A stretch of DNA of 64,000 bases, from positions 22,610-86,609 of the forward strand of contig JAQTSY010000001.1 in assembly GCA_028711065.1 (NCBI GenBank). The letters are read 5' to 3'. The DNA comes from Minisyncoccota bacterium (GTDB lineage Bacteria > Patescibacteriota > Minisyncoccia > Phycocordibacterales > JAQTLZ01). Both the position numbers and the translations under genes were made by a program. Positions 19,418-29,294 of the stretch are shown here, in pieces (the stretch's first letter is position 1; each line of letters begins with the position of its first letter). The notes beneath the pieces are model-generated. The model saw only the letters and a list, made by a program, of their open reading frames with translations, was not told where the DNA came from and did no database searches.

Positions 19418-20632
19418 ATGGGAGCTATAAAATTTAAAATCGAAAAGAAACTCAAGGGCCAGCTCGGGAGGGCAGGGATTTTAGAGACGCCTCATGGGAA
19501 AATTGAAACGCCAGCTTTCGTTGTGGTTGGAACAAATGCCACAATAAAATCGGTCAACGTCGAACAAGTGAAAGAATGTGGAACACAAGTCGTGCTTGGA
19601 AATACCTATCATTTATACCTCCAACCTGGAGACAGGCTTGTTAAAGATGCCGGCGGACTTCACAAATTCATGAACTGGCATGGACCAACGATGACAGACT
19701 CTGGGGGGTTCCAAGTTTTCTCCCTGGGTGTTGCCTACAAAAAAGGTATTACGAAATTTGCTAAAACAGAAGACCTCCACGATGACACGAACGAAAAAGA
19801 AGAAAATAAAATCTCGCCGCAACTGGCAGTCATCGATGAAGAAGGCGTAACATTCAAATCGCACCGCGACGGAAGCATGCACCGCTTTACCCCAGAACGC
19901 TCGATTGAAATTCAACACAATATCGGAGCTGATATGATTTTCGCTTTTGATGAGTGCACTTCACCAAGTGCTCCTCTTCAATATCAGAAAGAAGCGATGG
20001 ATAGGACTCATCGCTGGGCAAAACGTTCTCTCGATTATCACAAATCACAACCGCATTCCGAAAAGCAGGCTCTGTTCGGAATAGTTCAGGGGGGCAGGCA
20101 CGAAGACTTGCGGAAAATTTCCGCAAAACAAATTGGTGGAATGGATTTCGATGGATTCGGCATTGGCGGTTCATTTAACAAAGAAGATATGGGAACTGCG
20201 GTGAAATGGGTGAATGAAATCTTGCCGGAAGAGAAGCCGAGACATCTTTTAGGAATTGGCGAGCCGACAGATCTCTGGGAAGGGGTTGAAAACGGCGTAG
20301 ATCTTTTTGATTGCGTGCTTCCAACCCGCCTCGCACGTAATGGTTCTATTTATACAAAAGATGGAAGAGTAGGAATTACAAACGCGCGCTTCACGAAAGA
20401 CTTTTCTCCAATCGAAAAAGATTGCGGATGTTACACGTGCCAGAATTATTCTCGTGCTTATATTTCGCATCTTTTCCGCTCGGATGAGATGCTTGCTGGG
20501 ACTCTCGGCTCCATACATAACATCTATTTTATCGTAAATTTGGTTAAAACTGCTCGGCAGGGGATTTTGGACGGAAATTTCCGCGAACTCAAAGAAGCAT
20601 TCTTGTCAAGATTTCGTCCAAATACGGCTTGA
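19418..20632 (+). CDS. tgt: tRNA-guanine transglycosylase
   Basis: TDSGGFQVFSL, FDEC, GIVQGG, DLFDCV, CGCYTC zinc motif; start ATG 19418. Confidence 0.95.
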   Translation: MGAIKFKIEKKLKGQLGRAGILETPHGKIETPAFVVVGTNATIKSVNVEQVKECGTQVVLGNTYHLYLQPGDRLVKDAGGLHKFMNWHGPTMTDSGGFQVFSLGVAYKKGITKFAKTEDLHDDTNEKEENKISPQLAVIDEEGVTFKSHRDGSMHRFTPERSIEIQHNIGADMIFAFDECTSPSAPLQYQKEAMDRTHRWAKRSLDYHKSQPHSEKQALFGIVQGGRHEDLRKISAKQIGGMDFDGFGIGGSFNKEDMGTAVKWVNEILPEEKPRHLLGIGEPTDLWEGVENGVDLFDCVLPTRLARNGSIYTKDGRVGITNARFTKDFSPIEKDCGCYTCQNYSRAYISHLFRSDEMLAGTLGSIHNIYFIVNLVKTARQGILDGNFRELKEAFLSRFRPNTA

Positions 20633-20649
20633 AATAAGGCTAGAAACTA

Positions 20650-20678
20650 TTGACTTTAGAGTCTAGATGTGCTATACT
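20650..20678 (+). promoter_or_regulatory. sigma70 promoter
   Basis: TTGACT-17 nt-TATACT with extended TG; followed by a leader hairpin (20691-20729) and SD AAGGAG. Confidence 0.65.
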
Positions 20679-20762
20679 ACTCGATAGGGAGATGAAATAA
20701 AGCTCGAATTCTCGAGCTTTTTCATTTCTGGAGGTAAGGCTTCAATTAAGGAGAACCGTACC

Positions 20763-22298
20763 ATGAGGCAGATCTTTGGAAAGTTTTTGTTGTTGGCAAT
20801 TATCGCGGGCTTCATGCCCATTGCGATCAAAGCCGCGGACGCAGCGGCGCCGACCGAACAGGCCGGGCCTGTAGCGATCAGCATTCAGTACCCGAATGAC
20901 GAGAACATGATCATCGGGCGCGGCGAAGATCTCTACGTCGGCTGGCTCATCGAGGGCCTGGGACAGGATGTCTCGGCCGATATGGGCATCTGGTTGTACG
21001 GCGACGACAGAAGTGCTGACGAGATCAGCGCAAAAATCGTGACCGATGGGTACGATTACGATCGTTACGTCATCAGTCCGACGCATGCACTTGGCCGGTA
21101 CTGGATTGTGCTGGAGATCGACGGCAACGAAAAAGGCGGGCCTTACGCGTGGGCGCGGTCTGCAAGCTTCGAAATCGTGTTGGCGACGCACATCGAAGCT
21201 GTCTACCCGGAAGAGCCGGGAGCCGGAATGCAGTGTCGTCTTCAGGGAGACTTCCAACCCCTGTTCAACAGAGTCTCTGTTCAAAATAAGGACGGATCAC
21301 AGTATCGCGACCTCGGATTGTTTGACGATAATGGCGGGAATATCTATCTGAATTTCCCCACAACGTTGAACAATCAGCAATACGGCAATGGCGGTGGCGG
21401 CAAAGGTATAGCCGCTGGCGACAATGCAGGCGCGCCGACTTCTTCGACAAGCTGGGTTGTAAGCGGCATCTACGTCGTGAACGTAGACAATGCTGCGGGC
21501 AGTTCGTCCTTTGAGGTGCACGTCTCCGACAAGCGGGTGATTTTCACGGAGCCCGATGGCGGCGAGACATTCCTCACGGGCCTTGATATGCCCTGGGGTG
21601 TAGTCGTTGAGGGTACCGAAGGAGAACTCTTGCTTGAAAGTCGCGATGTGCCAGGACTAACGTATTTCCTAACATACCTGGATTTCGGCAACTGGAATGG
21701 TGACAATATCATCCCCGAAGAATTGCCGGCGGGAACATACGCGCTGACTTTCGGGAACGAAATTGATGGACGCTGGTCATCGGAAAATTTCCTTATCGAA
21801 AACCCGGTGGTCCCGACTATTGAAATTACGTATCCGAAAGCGGGAACGATCGTGTGGGCTGGCGGACCAGTGAACGTGAATTACGAAACGGTTGGCGTTG
21901 CCAACCCGCTCGTCTTCACAGTTGAATCACCGGATGGCAGTAATTCCGTCTTCATCGGTGAGGACAAGAGTGTTTCCGGTTCCTTCGTCTGGGTCATCCC
22001 AAGCGACTGGACACCCGGATATTACCGAATCCGCGTTGAGGAGGAGACAAAGGGTGCAGGAGCGCAAGCTCTCTCCGGCGTCTTCACAGTTCAGCAGTCA
22101 GGGCCCGCGAAAGGATTCGCGATGAATATCGATCGAGTCCAAAGGGACGACAAGATCAAGTATGAAGTCAAGGTGAACCCCGGCAATGTTCTGTCCGCGA
22201 AGTCGATCAAAAAAATTCAGGACGTCGCCAACCACGAAGCCAAGGTGGCTGAAAAGCTGGCTGCGAGGGAAGCCAAGAACAACAAAAACATGAAGTAA
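20763..22298 (+). CDS. Secreted acidic beta-rich protein with repeated Ig-like domains
   Basis: Signal peptide; repeated I-x-x-P-x-x-G-like domain starts; GC-rich codon usage. Confidence 0.7.
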   Translation: MRQIFGKFLLLAIIAGFMPIAIKAADAAAPTEQAGPVAISIQYPNDENMIIGRGEDLYVGWLIEGLGQDVSADMGIWLYGDDRSADEISAKIVTDGYDYDRYVISPTHALGRYWIVLEIDGNEKGGPYAWARSASFEIVLATHIEAVYPEEPGAGMQCRLQGDFQPLFNRVSVQNKDGSQYRDLGLFDDNGGNIYLNFPTTLNNQQYGNGGGGKGIAAGDNAGAPTSSTSWVVSGIYVVNVDNAAGSSSFEVHVSDKRVIFTEPDGGETFLTGLDMPWGVVVEGTEGELLLESRDVPGLTYFLTYLDFGNWNGDNIIPEELPAGTYALTFGNEIDGRWSSENFLIENPVVPTIEITYPKAGTIVWAGGPVNVNYETVGVANPLVFTVESPDGSNSVFIGEDKSVSGSFVWVIPSDWTPGYYRIRVEEETKGAGAQALSGVFTVQQSGPAKGFAMNIDRVQRDDKIKYEVKVNPGNVLSAKSIKKIQDVANHEAKVAEKLAAREAKNNKNMK

Positions 22299-22335
22299 AT
22301 CTGCTTCGCACTGGGCGAGCAGATAAACCACAACC

Positions 22336-22370
22336 GCAGCCACGTGTCTTTACGAACGTGGCTGCTTTTT
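22336..22370 (+). terminator. Intrinsic terminator
   Basis: GCAGCCACGT...ACGTGGCTGC then TTTTT. Confidence 0.75.
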
Positions 22371-22463
22371 ATTGTTGAGAAAAATTAGATATTTGTGTAT
22401 GATGCAATTTGGCGTTGGAGCAGTACAAGTCGGGGGCGAAACAAACCTGGGAGGGCCGGGCGA

Positions 22464-22670
22464 ATGCTTTTAACTTTTCGTGATCTTTACAGAGGACAGG
22501 AAGTTTGTGCGAATAAGGACATCGGTTCCATAAAGAACGGGACGCAGGGCGTTGTTGAAGAGCTCACCCATACCGTGCATCATTGCCACGTATCCTTTTG
22601 TGGGAAATTGGTGCACAATGTGCACATTGACGATTTGAACTTACTGGGTAAGCCCGTTCCCATCGATTAA
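22464..22670 (+). CDS. Small hypothetical protein (possible SH3-like barrel)
   Basis: GGAGG SD before ATG 22464; followed by a hairpin plus T-run. Confidence 0.5.
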   Translation: MLLTFRDLYRGQEVCANKDIGSIKNGTQGVVEELTHTVHHCHVSFCGKLVHNVHIDDLNLLGKPVPID

Positions 22671-22755
22671 TTTCGGCGCGAACAGATTCAGAGAGTGGTA
22701 CGCGATGAGTGTACCGCTTTTTATTTTCCGATAATGTATTAGTATTAGGAAACTG

Positions 22756-24783
22756 ATGAAAACAGAAAGGAAATTTAAACTTAAATCGGAATTCAAACCT
22801 GCCGGTGATCAACCGGGAGCTATTTCTGCACTCGTAAAAGGACTCAAGGAGGGAATGAATCATCAAACTCTTCTTGGGGTTACCGGTTCAGGAAAAACTT
22901 TTACTGTCGCCAATATTATTGAAAAAGTTCAGAAACCAACGCTTGTTATCGCTCACAACAAAACTCTTGCCGCCCAGCTCGCTCAAGAATATAAAGAATT
23001 TTTCCCAGACAACGCTGTGCATTATTTCGTTTCGTATTACGACTACTATCAGCCGGAAGCATATTTACCAACTACTGATACTTATATCGAAAAGGAAGCG
23101 ATGATAAATGACGAAATTGATCGTCTTCGCCATGCATCTACACAGGCACTTCTGACGCGCAGTGATGTGATTATTGTAGTTTCTGTCTCATGTATTTACG
23201 GGTTGGGTTCACCTGTTGAATACGAGAAAGTAAATTTAAAGATCGAAAAAAACCAGGTTATTTCGCGCGCAGATTTGATTCGAAAACTGGTAAATCTCCA
23301 TTTTGAACGCACCAATGCAGACCTTGAGCCGGGACTTTTCAGAGCGCTTGGAAATGCGATTGAAATGATGCCGGTCAATGAGAAACTTATCTATCGCTTA
23401 AGTTTCAAAGAAAGTGTCATCGACGAGATTGAAGTCATTGACGCAATCAGCCGTTCAGTTCTCGAAAACGTAGACAATTTTTTCCTTTTCCCGGCAAAAC
23501 ATTTCATCAGCACCTCCGAAGGAGTAAAAAGCGCCCTCCAAACCATCGAAGCCGAACTCAAAGAGCAGATCAAAAAATTCGATAAGGAGGGGAAACTTCT
23601 CGAAGCCGAGAGAATAAAACGCCGAACAAGATACGACCTCGCTCTGATTCGTGAAGTTGGCTACTGCAACGGAATTGAAAACTATTCTCGGCATTTCTCG
23701 GGAAAAATAGAGGGCGAACCACCAGATTCACTTCTTTCCTATTTCCCGCACAAAGCAGATGGTTCGGCAGACTTTCTCACTATCATAGACGAATCGCACG
23801 TAACTGTGCCCCAAATTGGAGGGATGTATGCTGGAGACGCTTCACGAAAGAAGACTTTGATCGAGCACGGCTTTCGGCTTCCTTCCGCGAAAGACAATCG
23901 TCCACTCAAAGCCGAAGAATTTCGAGAAAGAGTGGGGCAAGTAATTTATACTTCAGCAACTCCTGGAGAATATGAAAAGAAAGAGAGCCAGCAAGTGGTG
24001 GAGCAAGTCATTCGTCCGACAGGTCTTATTGATCCTGAAATAATCATCCGCCCAATCGTTTCGAAGGGGAAATTCCTTGGACAGGTCAAAGATTTTATTA
24101 ACGAGGCTGAAGCAGTGATAAAAAGAGGAAACCGTGTCATAGCCACAACACTTACCAAAAAAATGGCGGAAGATTTGAGCGAGTATCTCAAAGAGCGCGG
24201 AGTGAAAGCTGAATACTTGCATAGCGATATCGAAACGCTTGATCGCATTAGAATTCTTACAGAATTTCGAAAAGGGAAATTTGACTGCATTGTCGGTGTA
24301 AATCTTCTTCGCGAAGGGCTTGATCTGCCGGAAGTTGAGCTCATCGGAATTCTTGATGCCGACAAAGAGGGCTTTTTGCGTTCTGAAACCTCGCTTATTC
24401 AAACCATCGGCCGTGCAGCGCGAAATGTGCTTGGCCACGTGATTCTTTATGCCGACAACATGACCGGCTCAATGGAGAGAGCGATAAGCGAGACCAATCG
24501 GCGCCGCGCTCTTCAGGTCGCTTATAATACGAAACACGGCATTACTCCAAAAACCATTCTCAAGAAAATTCATGATATTACCGAGACAATGGAGAACAAA
24601 CATTCGAAAACGCTCAAAAATCTGATTGAGCTCGATGATAAATTCTTCAAGAAAAATCCTGCAAAATTCATTAAAGAAAAAGAGAAGCAGATGAATGCTG
24701 CGGTAAAAGTGCTTGATTTCGAGACCGCGGCACTCCTTCGGGATGAAATTGCCATGCTTCAGCTCTCCCTACGGGAGCGGTAA
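22756..24783 (+). CDS. uvrB: Excinuclease ABC subunit B
   Basis: GVTGSGKT, YYDYYQPEAY, DESH, LLREGLD. Confidence 0.97.
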   Translation: MKTERKFKLKSEFKPAGDQPGAISALVKGLKEGMNHQTLLGVTGSGKTFTVANIIEKVQKPTLVIAHNKTLAAQLAQEYKEFFPDNAVHYFVSYYDYYQPEAYLPTTDTYIEKEAMINDEIDRLRHASTQALLTRSDVIIVVSVSCIYGLGSPVEYEKVNLKIEKNQVISRADLIRKLVNLHFERTNADLEPGLFRALGNAIEMMPVNEKLIYRLSFKESVIDEIEVIDAISRSVLENVDNFFLFPAKHFISTSEGVKSALQTIEAELKEQIKKFDKEGKLLEAERIKRRTRYDLALIREVGYCNGIENYSRHFSGKIEGEPPDSLLSYFPHKADGSADFLTIIDESHVTVPQIGGMYAGDASRKKTLIEHGFRLPSAKDNRPLKAEEFRERVGQVIYTSATPGEYEKKESQQVVEQVIRPTGLIDPEIIIRPIVSKGKFLGQVKDFINEAEAVIKRGNRVIATTLTKKMAEDLSEYLKERGVKAEYLHSDIETLDRIRILTEFRKGKFDCIVGVNLLREGLDLPEVELIGILDADKEGFLRSETSLIQTIGRAARNVLGHVILYADNMTGSMERAISETNRRRALQVAYNTKHGITPKTILKKIHDITETMENKHSKTLKNLIELDDKFFKKNPAKFIKEKEKQMNAAVKVLDFETAALLRDEIAMLQLSLRER

Positions 24784-24886
24784 ACCTTTTGCATTCTGAG
24801 AGCAGAACGCTCAAGGTCTTGCTAAATGGGTCCCAACCCATTTCTCACCATAGCGAAGAAAATGGCCAAATGATAGAATTATTCCC

Positions 24887-25624
24887 ATGAGTAAGGATGA
24901 GTCTCCAAAGAATATTATTGTGGGAGGAAAAAAGGCTGACTTTACTTCGATTCTCGTTCATCGTTTGCGAAATCCTCTTACTGAAACAAAATGGACCCTC
25001 TCCGCTCTTTTGAGCGGTGACTATGGCATATTGAATGAAGAGCAAGAAAAATCTCTCAAAAAGTGTTACGGGGGGAACGATATAGCAATATCCATGGTCA
25101 ATGATCTTTTAAATCTCGATCGTCTTAAAGCAAATAATACTGAATACAATGATTCCCCTGTGAAAATTGCGGGTCTCGTTGAAACTATCATTTCTGGTTT
25201 TTCGGCTAGGGCAAAACATAAAAATATATCACTCACGTTTGATAGAAAAACCGATACGGGAGAAACGGTCTATTCCAATCCCGAAAAAATTCGGGCTATT
25301 TTAGAAAATCTCCTCGAAAACGCGATCAATTATTCTCTTGTCGGCGACCCGATAGAAGTAGGACTCGTCTCATCTCCTCAAGAAGTGACTGTGACAGTCA
25401 AAGATAAGGGAATCGGCATTCCTGAAGCAGAACAGAAAAATATTTTTACGGAATTTTATCGAGCCACAAACGCAATTCGGCATGAAAGAAGCGGAGCGGG
25501 CCTTGGATTGTATATCGTGAAAAAAATTGCAGAGGGCCAAGGAGGAAAGGTATGGTTTGAAAGCCAAGAAGGCAAAGGAACCACATTTTTCTTCACTATT
25601 CCGACAAACAAGGCAGTTTCTTAG
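24887..25624 (+). CDS. Sensor-less histidine kinase (HisKA + HATPase)
   Basis: HRLRNPL H-box, NLLENA, DKGIGI, GAGLGL. Confidence 0.85.
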   Translation: MSKDESPKNIIVGGKKADFTSILVHRLRNPLTETKWTLSALLSGDYGILNEEQEKSLKKCYGGNDIAISMVNDLLNLDRLKANNTEYNDSPVKIAGLVETIISGFSARAKHKNISLTFDRKTDTGETVYSNPEKIRAILENLLENAINYSLVGDPIEVGLVSSPQEVTVTVKDKGIGIPEAEQKNIFTEFYRATNAIRHERSGAGLGLYIVKKIAEGQGGKVWFESQEGKGTTFFFTIPTNKAVS

Positions 25625-25707
25625 GTTTTCCACTTTGACCCAGTGGTCTGTTTTTGATATACCTCTTCTGGGCGAAGTACAAACATTGGAATAGGAGATT
25701 AGACCAG

Positions 25708-25896
25708 ATGGAAAACCAGAATGCGGAACAAACTCAGGGTGTCTTCATAGTACCCAAACGTAAGCGAAGAGGGCTCACCCCGAGAGTAAGGGGAGTGCCT
25801 TACTCTCCTCCTGAATCGGCGGTCCGCGCGCTCTCTGATTGGGAGCGTCAACATCAAGAATGGCGAAGACAAATGGCTACCGCTAGCAGTAGTTGA
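25708..25896 (+). CDS. Small basic hypothetical protein
   Basis: AGGAG SD at 25693; terminator downstream. Confidence 0.5.
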   Translation: MENQNAEQTQGVFIVPKRKRRGLTPRVRGVPYSPPESAVRALSDWERQHQEWRRQMATASSS

Positions 25897-25933
25897 TCTG
25901 AGAAGTACGCTTCGACGCAAAACATTTTCTATT

Positions 25934-25960
25934 AGTCCGGCAAAACCGGACTTTTTATTT
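25934..25960 (+). terminator. Intrinsic terminator
   Basis: AGTCCGG-caaaa-CCGGACT then T-run. Confidence 0.65.
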
Positions 25961-26033
25961 TCTAAAAAATAAGATACAATGAAAGCGTTCATATATAACC
26001 CTATGCGTTAAACACGCGTAGATTTCTGTGTCT

Positions 26034-26171
26034 ATGAAGGAAAAAGAAGATAAACTCATAATCAAGGGGTGAAATTGGGTTGGGACCCAATTTCACGGCC
26101 GGAAGCGCATGGGCGCTGAGGCGGGGTCGCGGAATTTTTCAGGAGAAAAATATCTGTGACCAAGAACACAC
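26034..26171 (+). pseudogene. Vestigial uvrA 5' end interrupted by a 90-nt palindromic insert
   Basis: MKEKEDKLIIKG* ... PRTH resembles the uvrA N-terminus [16 protein letters not shown]; in frame with uvrA. Confidence 0.6.
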
Positions 26172-26177
26172 ATAATA

Positions 26178-28772
26178 ATGAAAAACGAAAAAGATTTACT
26201 CATCATAAAAGGCGCCCGTACCCACAACCTCAAAAATGTGACGGTAGAGATGCCGCGCAATAAAATGGTTGTGTTCACGGGACTTTCCGGAAGCGGGAAG
26301 TCGTCTTTAGCGTTTGACACCATCTTTGCCGAAGGTCAGCGACGATATGTCGAATCTCTTTCTTCATACGCTCGGCAATTCTTGCGCCAAATGCAAAAGC
26401 CGGATGTGGACGAGATCATCGGCCTTTCACCCGCAATTTCAATCGACCAAAAATCCCGCTCGAATAATCCTCGTTCAACTGTCGCCACAATTACCGAAAT
26501 TTACGACTACCTCCGTATTCTTTACGCTCGCGTAGGCAAACCGCACTGTCTGATCTGCGGAAGGGTTATCAAAAAGCACACGAACGAAGAAATCCTTGAA
26601 ACAATCCTCAAAACCGTTGAAGGAATCGAAACTGGTACAACCAAAAAGGTAATGGGGGTCGCATATGATACTCTCAAAATTCGCATTCTGTCACCCCTTG
26701 TGGTTGGGAGAAAAGGCGAATATTATCAGCTTCTCTACGATCTTCTCGGAAAAGGATATAAAGAAGTGCACGTGGATGGCAAAAATAAGAAACTCCGCGA
26801 ACAAATCATTCTTTCCAAAACTCAAAAGCATGATATTGACGTCGTTGTTGATGAAATTTTCGTTACCGAACTCAAAGATGTAAAATCAAAAAGTGGAGCT
26901 CATGAAAGGCTTAGTGAAGCAATTGAGCGCGCACTTGCGGAATCCGACGGACTTCTTCGAATCGAATACCCTGGAGAAGGCGGGGAGACAAAAGAGCATC
27001 TCATTTCTGCGAAATTCATGTGTGCATACGATGGGTTCTCCTACCCAGAGATCGAGCCGAGACTTTTCTCTTTCAACTCTCCATACGGTGCGTGTCCAGA
27101 ATGTAACGGACTTGGAACAAAACATTTTTTCGGTGAAGAACCTTGTCCGAAGTGCAAGGGCGCACGTCTTCGAGAAGAAGCGCTTCATGTATTTCTTGGT
27201 GAAGGAAAAATTAATATTGTGAATCTGGTCGGAATGTCTATCGCGGATTGTTTTGATTTCTTCTCGAAACTCAAACTCACTGCCACGGAAAAAAATATCT
27301 CGAAGGTGATCATAAAAGAAATCGAAAGTAGGCTCCAATTTATGATTGATGTCGGTATTGATTATCTCTCTCTCGATAGGCGCGCACATACGCTCTCTGG
27401 AGGAGAAGCACAACGAATCCGCCTCGCTTCACAACTCGGCTCTGGCCTTGTGGGAGCACTCTACGTGCTTGATGAACCAACCATCGGCCTTCATGCTCGC
27501 GATAATGACCGACTCATTAAAACTCTGCTTCATCTCCGAGACATCGGAAACACTATTGTCGTTGTAGAACACGACGAAGATACTATCTTTGCGTCTGATT
27601 ACATCGTAGACATTGGCCCCGGAGCAGGAGTACACGGCGGAGAAATTGTCGTAGCAGATTATTTGGAAAAGCTTCTTCTTGCCAAGAAAAACGATTCGAA
27701 ATCGCTTACTCTTTCATATCTGCGGGGGGAAACAGCAATAGAACCGCCGGAAGAAAGACGAACTGAAGAAAAAGGGGCTCTTAAAATCCGAAATGGAAAT
27801 ATCTTCAATATTAAAAATATGGATTTGGATGTTCCTCTTGGCAGGCTTGTGAGCGTGACCGGCGTCTCTGGTTCTGGAAAATCGTCCCTCGTGTATGAAA
27901 TAATTCACAAAAATCTTCAAGCTCGGCTCGAGCGATATTATCGTTCAAACGAGACTCATAACTGTGCTTCATTTACCGGAAGTGAATATCTTGGACGCAC
28001 CATTCTTATCGACCAAAGTCCTATCGGCCGAACTCCTCGTTCAAATCCTGTAACCTATACTGGCTCTTGGATCTTTATCCGAGATCTCTTTGCTGCTTCA
28101 GCCGAAGCGCGCGCTCGCGGATGGAAAGCAAATCGTTTTTCTTTCAACGTAAAGGGCGGGCGTTGTGAAAACTGCCAAGGGAATGGAATGATCGCTGTGG
28201 AGATGCACTTTTTGCCGACAGTCTACGTCCCTTGCGAAGTCTGCGAAGGAAAGCGATTTATGAAAGAAACGCTCGAAATTAAATACAAAAAGAAAAGCAT
28301 TTATGACGTGCTACAGATGACTGTCGAGGAAGGATTGAAATTCTTTGAAGACATTCCGGCCATTTACGACAGAATGAAAACGCTCGATGAGGTGGGTCTT
28401 GGATATTTAAGACTTGGCCAATCAGCGACAACGCTTTCTGGCGGGGAAGCACAAAGAGTAAAAATTTCATCAGAGCTCTATCGTCCGCATCTTCAAAAGA
28501 CCCTTTACATTTTGGATGAGCCGACCATCGGTCTGCATTACGAAGATGTGCGAAAACTTATTGAAATTCTTCAGAGACTGGTGAAGCACGGAAATACTGT
28601 GCTCGTCATCGAACACAACATGGATGTCATAAAAAGTTCCGACTACATTATTGATATCGGCCCAGAAGGAGGAAATGGGGGAGGGAAAGTCGTGGCAAAA
28701 GGAACTCCCGAAGAAGTTGCCAATAATACCAAGTCTTACACAGGCAAATATTTGAAGAAAGCTTTGAAATAA
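26178..28772 (+). CDS. uvrA: Excinuclease ABC subunit A
   Basis: Two Walker A motifs ([16 protein letters not shown]), two LSGGEAQR, zinc fingers. Confidence 0.97.
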   Translation: MKNEKDLLIIKGARTHNLKNVTVEMPRNKMVVFTGLSGSGKSSLAFDTIFAEGQRRYVESLSSYARQFLRQMQKPDVDEIIGLSPAISIDQKSRSNNPRSTVATITEIYDYLRILYARVGKPHCLICGRVIKKHTNEEILETILKTVEGIETGTTKKVMGVAYDTLKIRILSPLVVGRKGEYYQLLYDLLGKGYKEVHVDGKNKKLREQIILSKTQKHDIDVVVDEIFVTELKDVKSKSGAHERLSEAIERALAESDGLLRIEYPGEGGETKEHLISAKFMCAYDGFSYPEIEPRLFSFNSPYGACPECNGLGTKHFFGEEPCPKCKGARLREEALHVFLGEGKINIVNLVGMSIADCFDFFSKLKLTATEKNISKVIIKEIESRLQFMIDVGIDYLSLDRRAHTLSGGEAQRIRLASQLGSGLVGALYVLDEPTIGLHARDNDRLIKTLLHLRDIGNTIVVVEHDEDTIFASDYIVDIGPGAGVHGGEIVVADYLEKLLLAKKNDSKSLTLSYLRGETAIEPPEERRTEEKGALKIRNGNIFNIKNMDLDVPLGRLVSVTGVSGSGKSSLVYEIIHKNLQARLERYYRSNETHNCASFTGSEYLGRTILIDQSPIGRTPRSNPVTYTGSWIFIRDLFAASAEARARGWKANRFSFNVKGGRCENCQGNGMIAVEMHFLPTVYVPCEVCEGKRFMKETLEIKYKKKSIYDVLQMTVEEGLKFFEDIPAIYDRMKTLDEVGLGYLRLGQSATTLSGGEAQRVKISSELYRPHLQKTLYILDEPTIGLHYEDVRKLIEILQRLVKHGNTVLVIEHNMDVIKSSDYIIDIGPEGGNGGGKVVAKGTPEEVANNTKSYTGKYLKKALK

Positions 28773-28806
28773 AAAACCGCTTTCCCTTGCGAGGAAAGCG
28801 TTGTTT
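28771..28806. terminator. Bidirectional terminator between convergent genes
   Basis: A-run, CGCTTTCC/GGAAAGCG stem, T-rich tail. Confidence 0.6.
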
Positions 28807-28822
28807 CAAATTGTTTTTGACG

Positions 28823-29224
28823 TCAGTGGGGGATATTATATCCCTCTTCGATAACACCGAGACCGAAAAGCACAGCCGCGAGCAACGTGGGAGCCTTCGT
28901 TACTTCCAAAATCTCGGTTGCCCCCACATCCGTAAAGCCCTCGGCATTGCCGCCCGAAATGACAATGATTGGGACCTCCGGACTTTGTTCCCTAATCATT
29001 CGCACGGCGTCAACGGATGATTTGTTTCGCAGACTACTGTGCACAATCACAGCAGCAATACCGGCTGATTCTGCACGGAAATCAGTTACGAGCTGCGCCG
29101 AGCTTGTGACCGGGATGATGCTTTCAAGCGGAATCCCCACCCTAGTAAGCCTCTCACAGAGAAGCTTCTTGATCTCGGGATCGCTCTCCGCAAGCATCAA
29201 CTTCATGTTCGGTGCTAACTTCAT
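28823..29224 (-). CDS. Atypical response-regulator receiver domain
   Basis: LMLAESD...IREQSPEVPIIVISG fold pattern; GGAGG SD before 29224. Confidence 0.6.
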   Translation of the reverse strand: MKLAPNMKLMLAESDPEIKKLLCERLTRVGIPLESIIPVTSSAQLVTDFRAESAGIAAVIVHSSLRNKSSVDAVRMIREQSPEVPIIVISGGNAEGFTDVGATEILEVTKAPTLLAAVLFGLGVIEEGYNIPH

Positions 29225-29294
29225 GGCCGATGGCCCTCCATTTGGGTTTACTTGCAAAAACAGCGAGCTATACTGTATCATTCAAAACACTCTT

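Noticed and set aside
26034-26177. TGA recoding extending UvrA
   Set aside because: TGA ends normal genes here (e.g. 6717, 12738, 20632, 36421) and UvrA is complete from 26178.
28887-29294. 136-aa N-terminal extension of UvrC in the ORF track
   Set aside because: It is antisense to the receiver-domain gene; UvrC similarity starts at ATG 29295.
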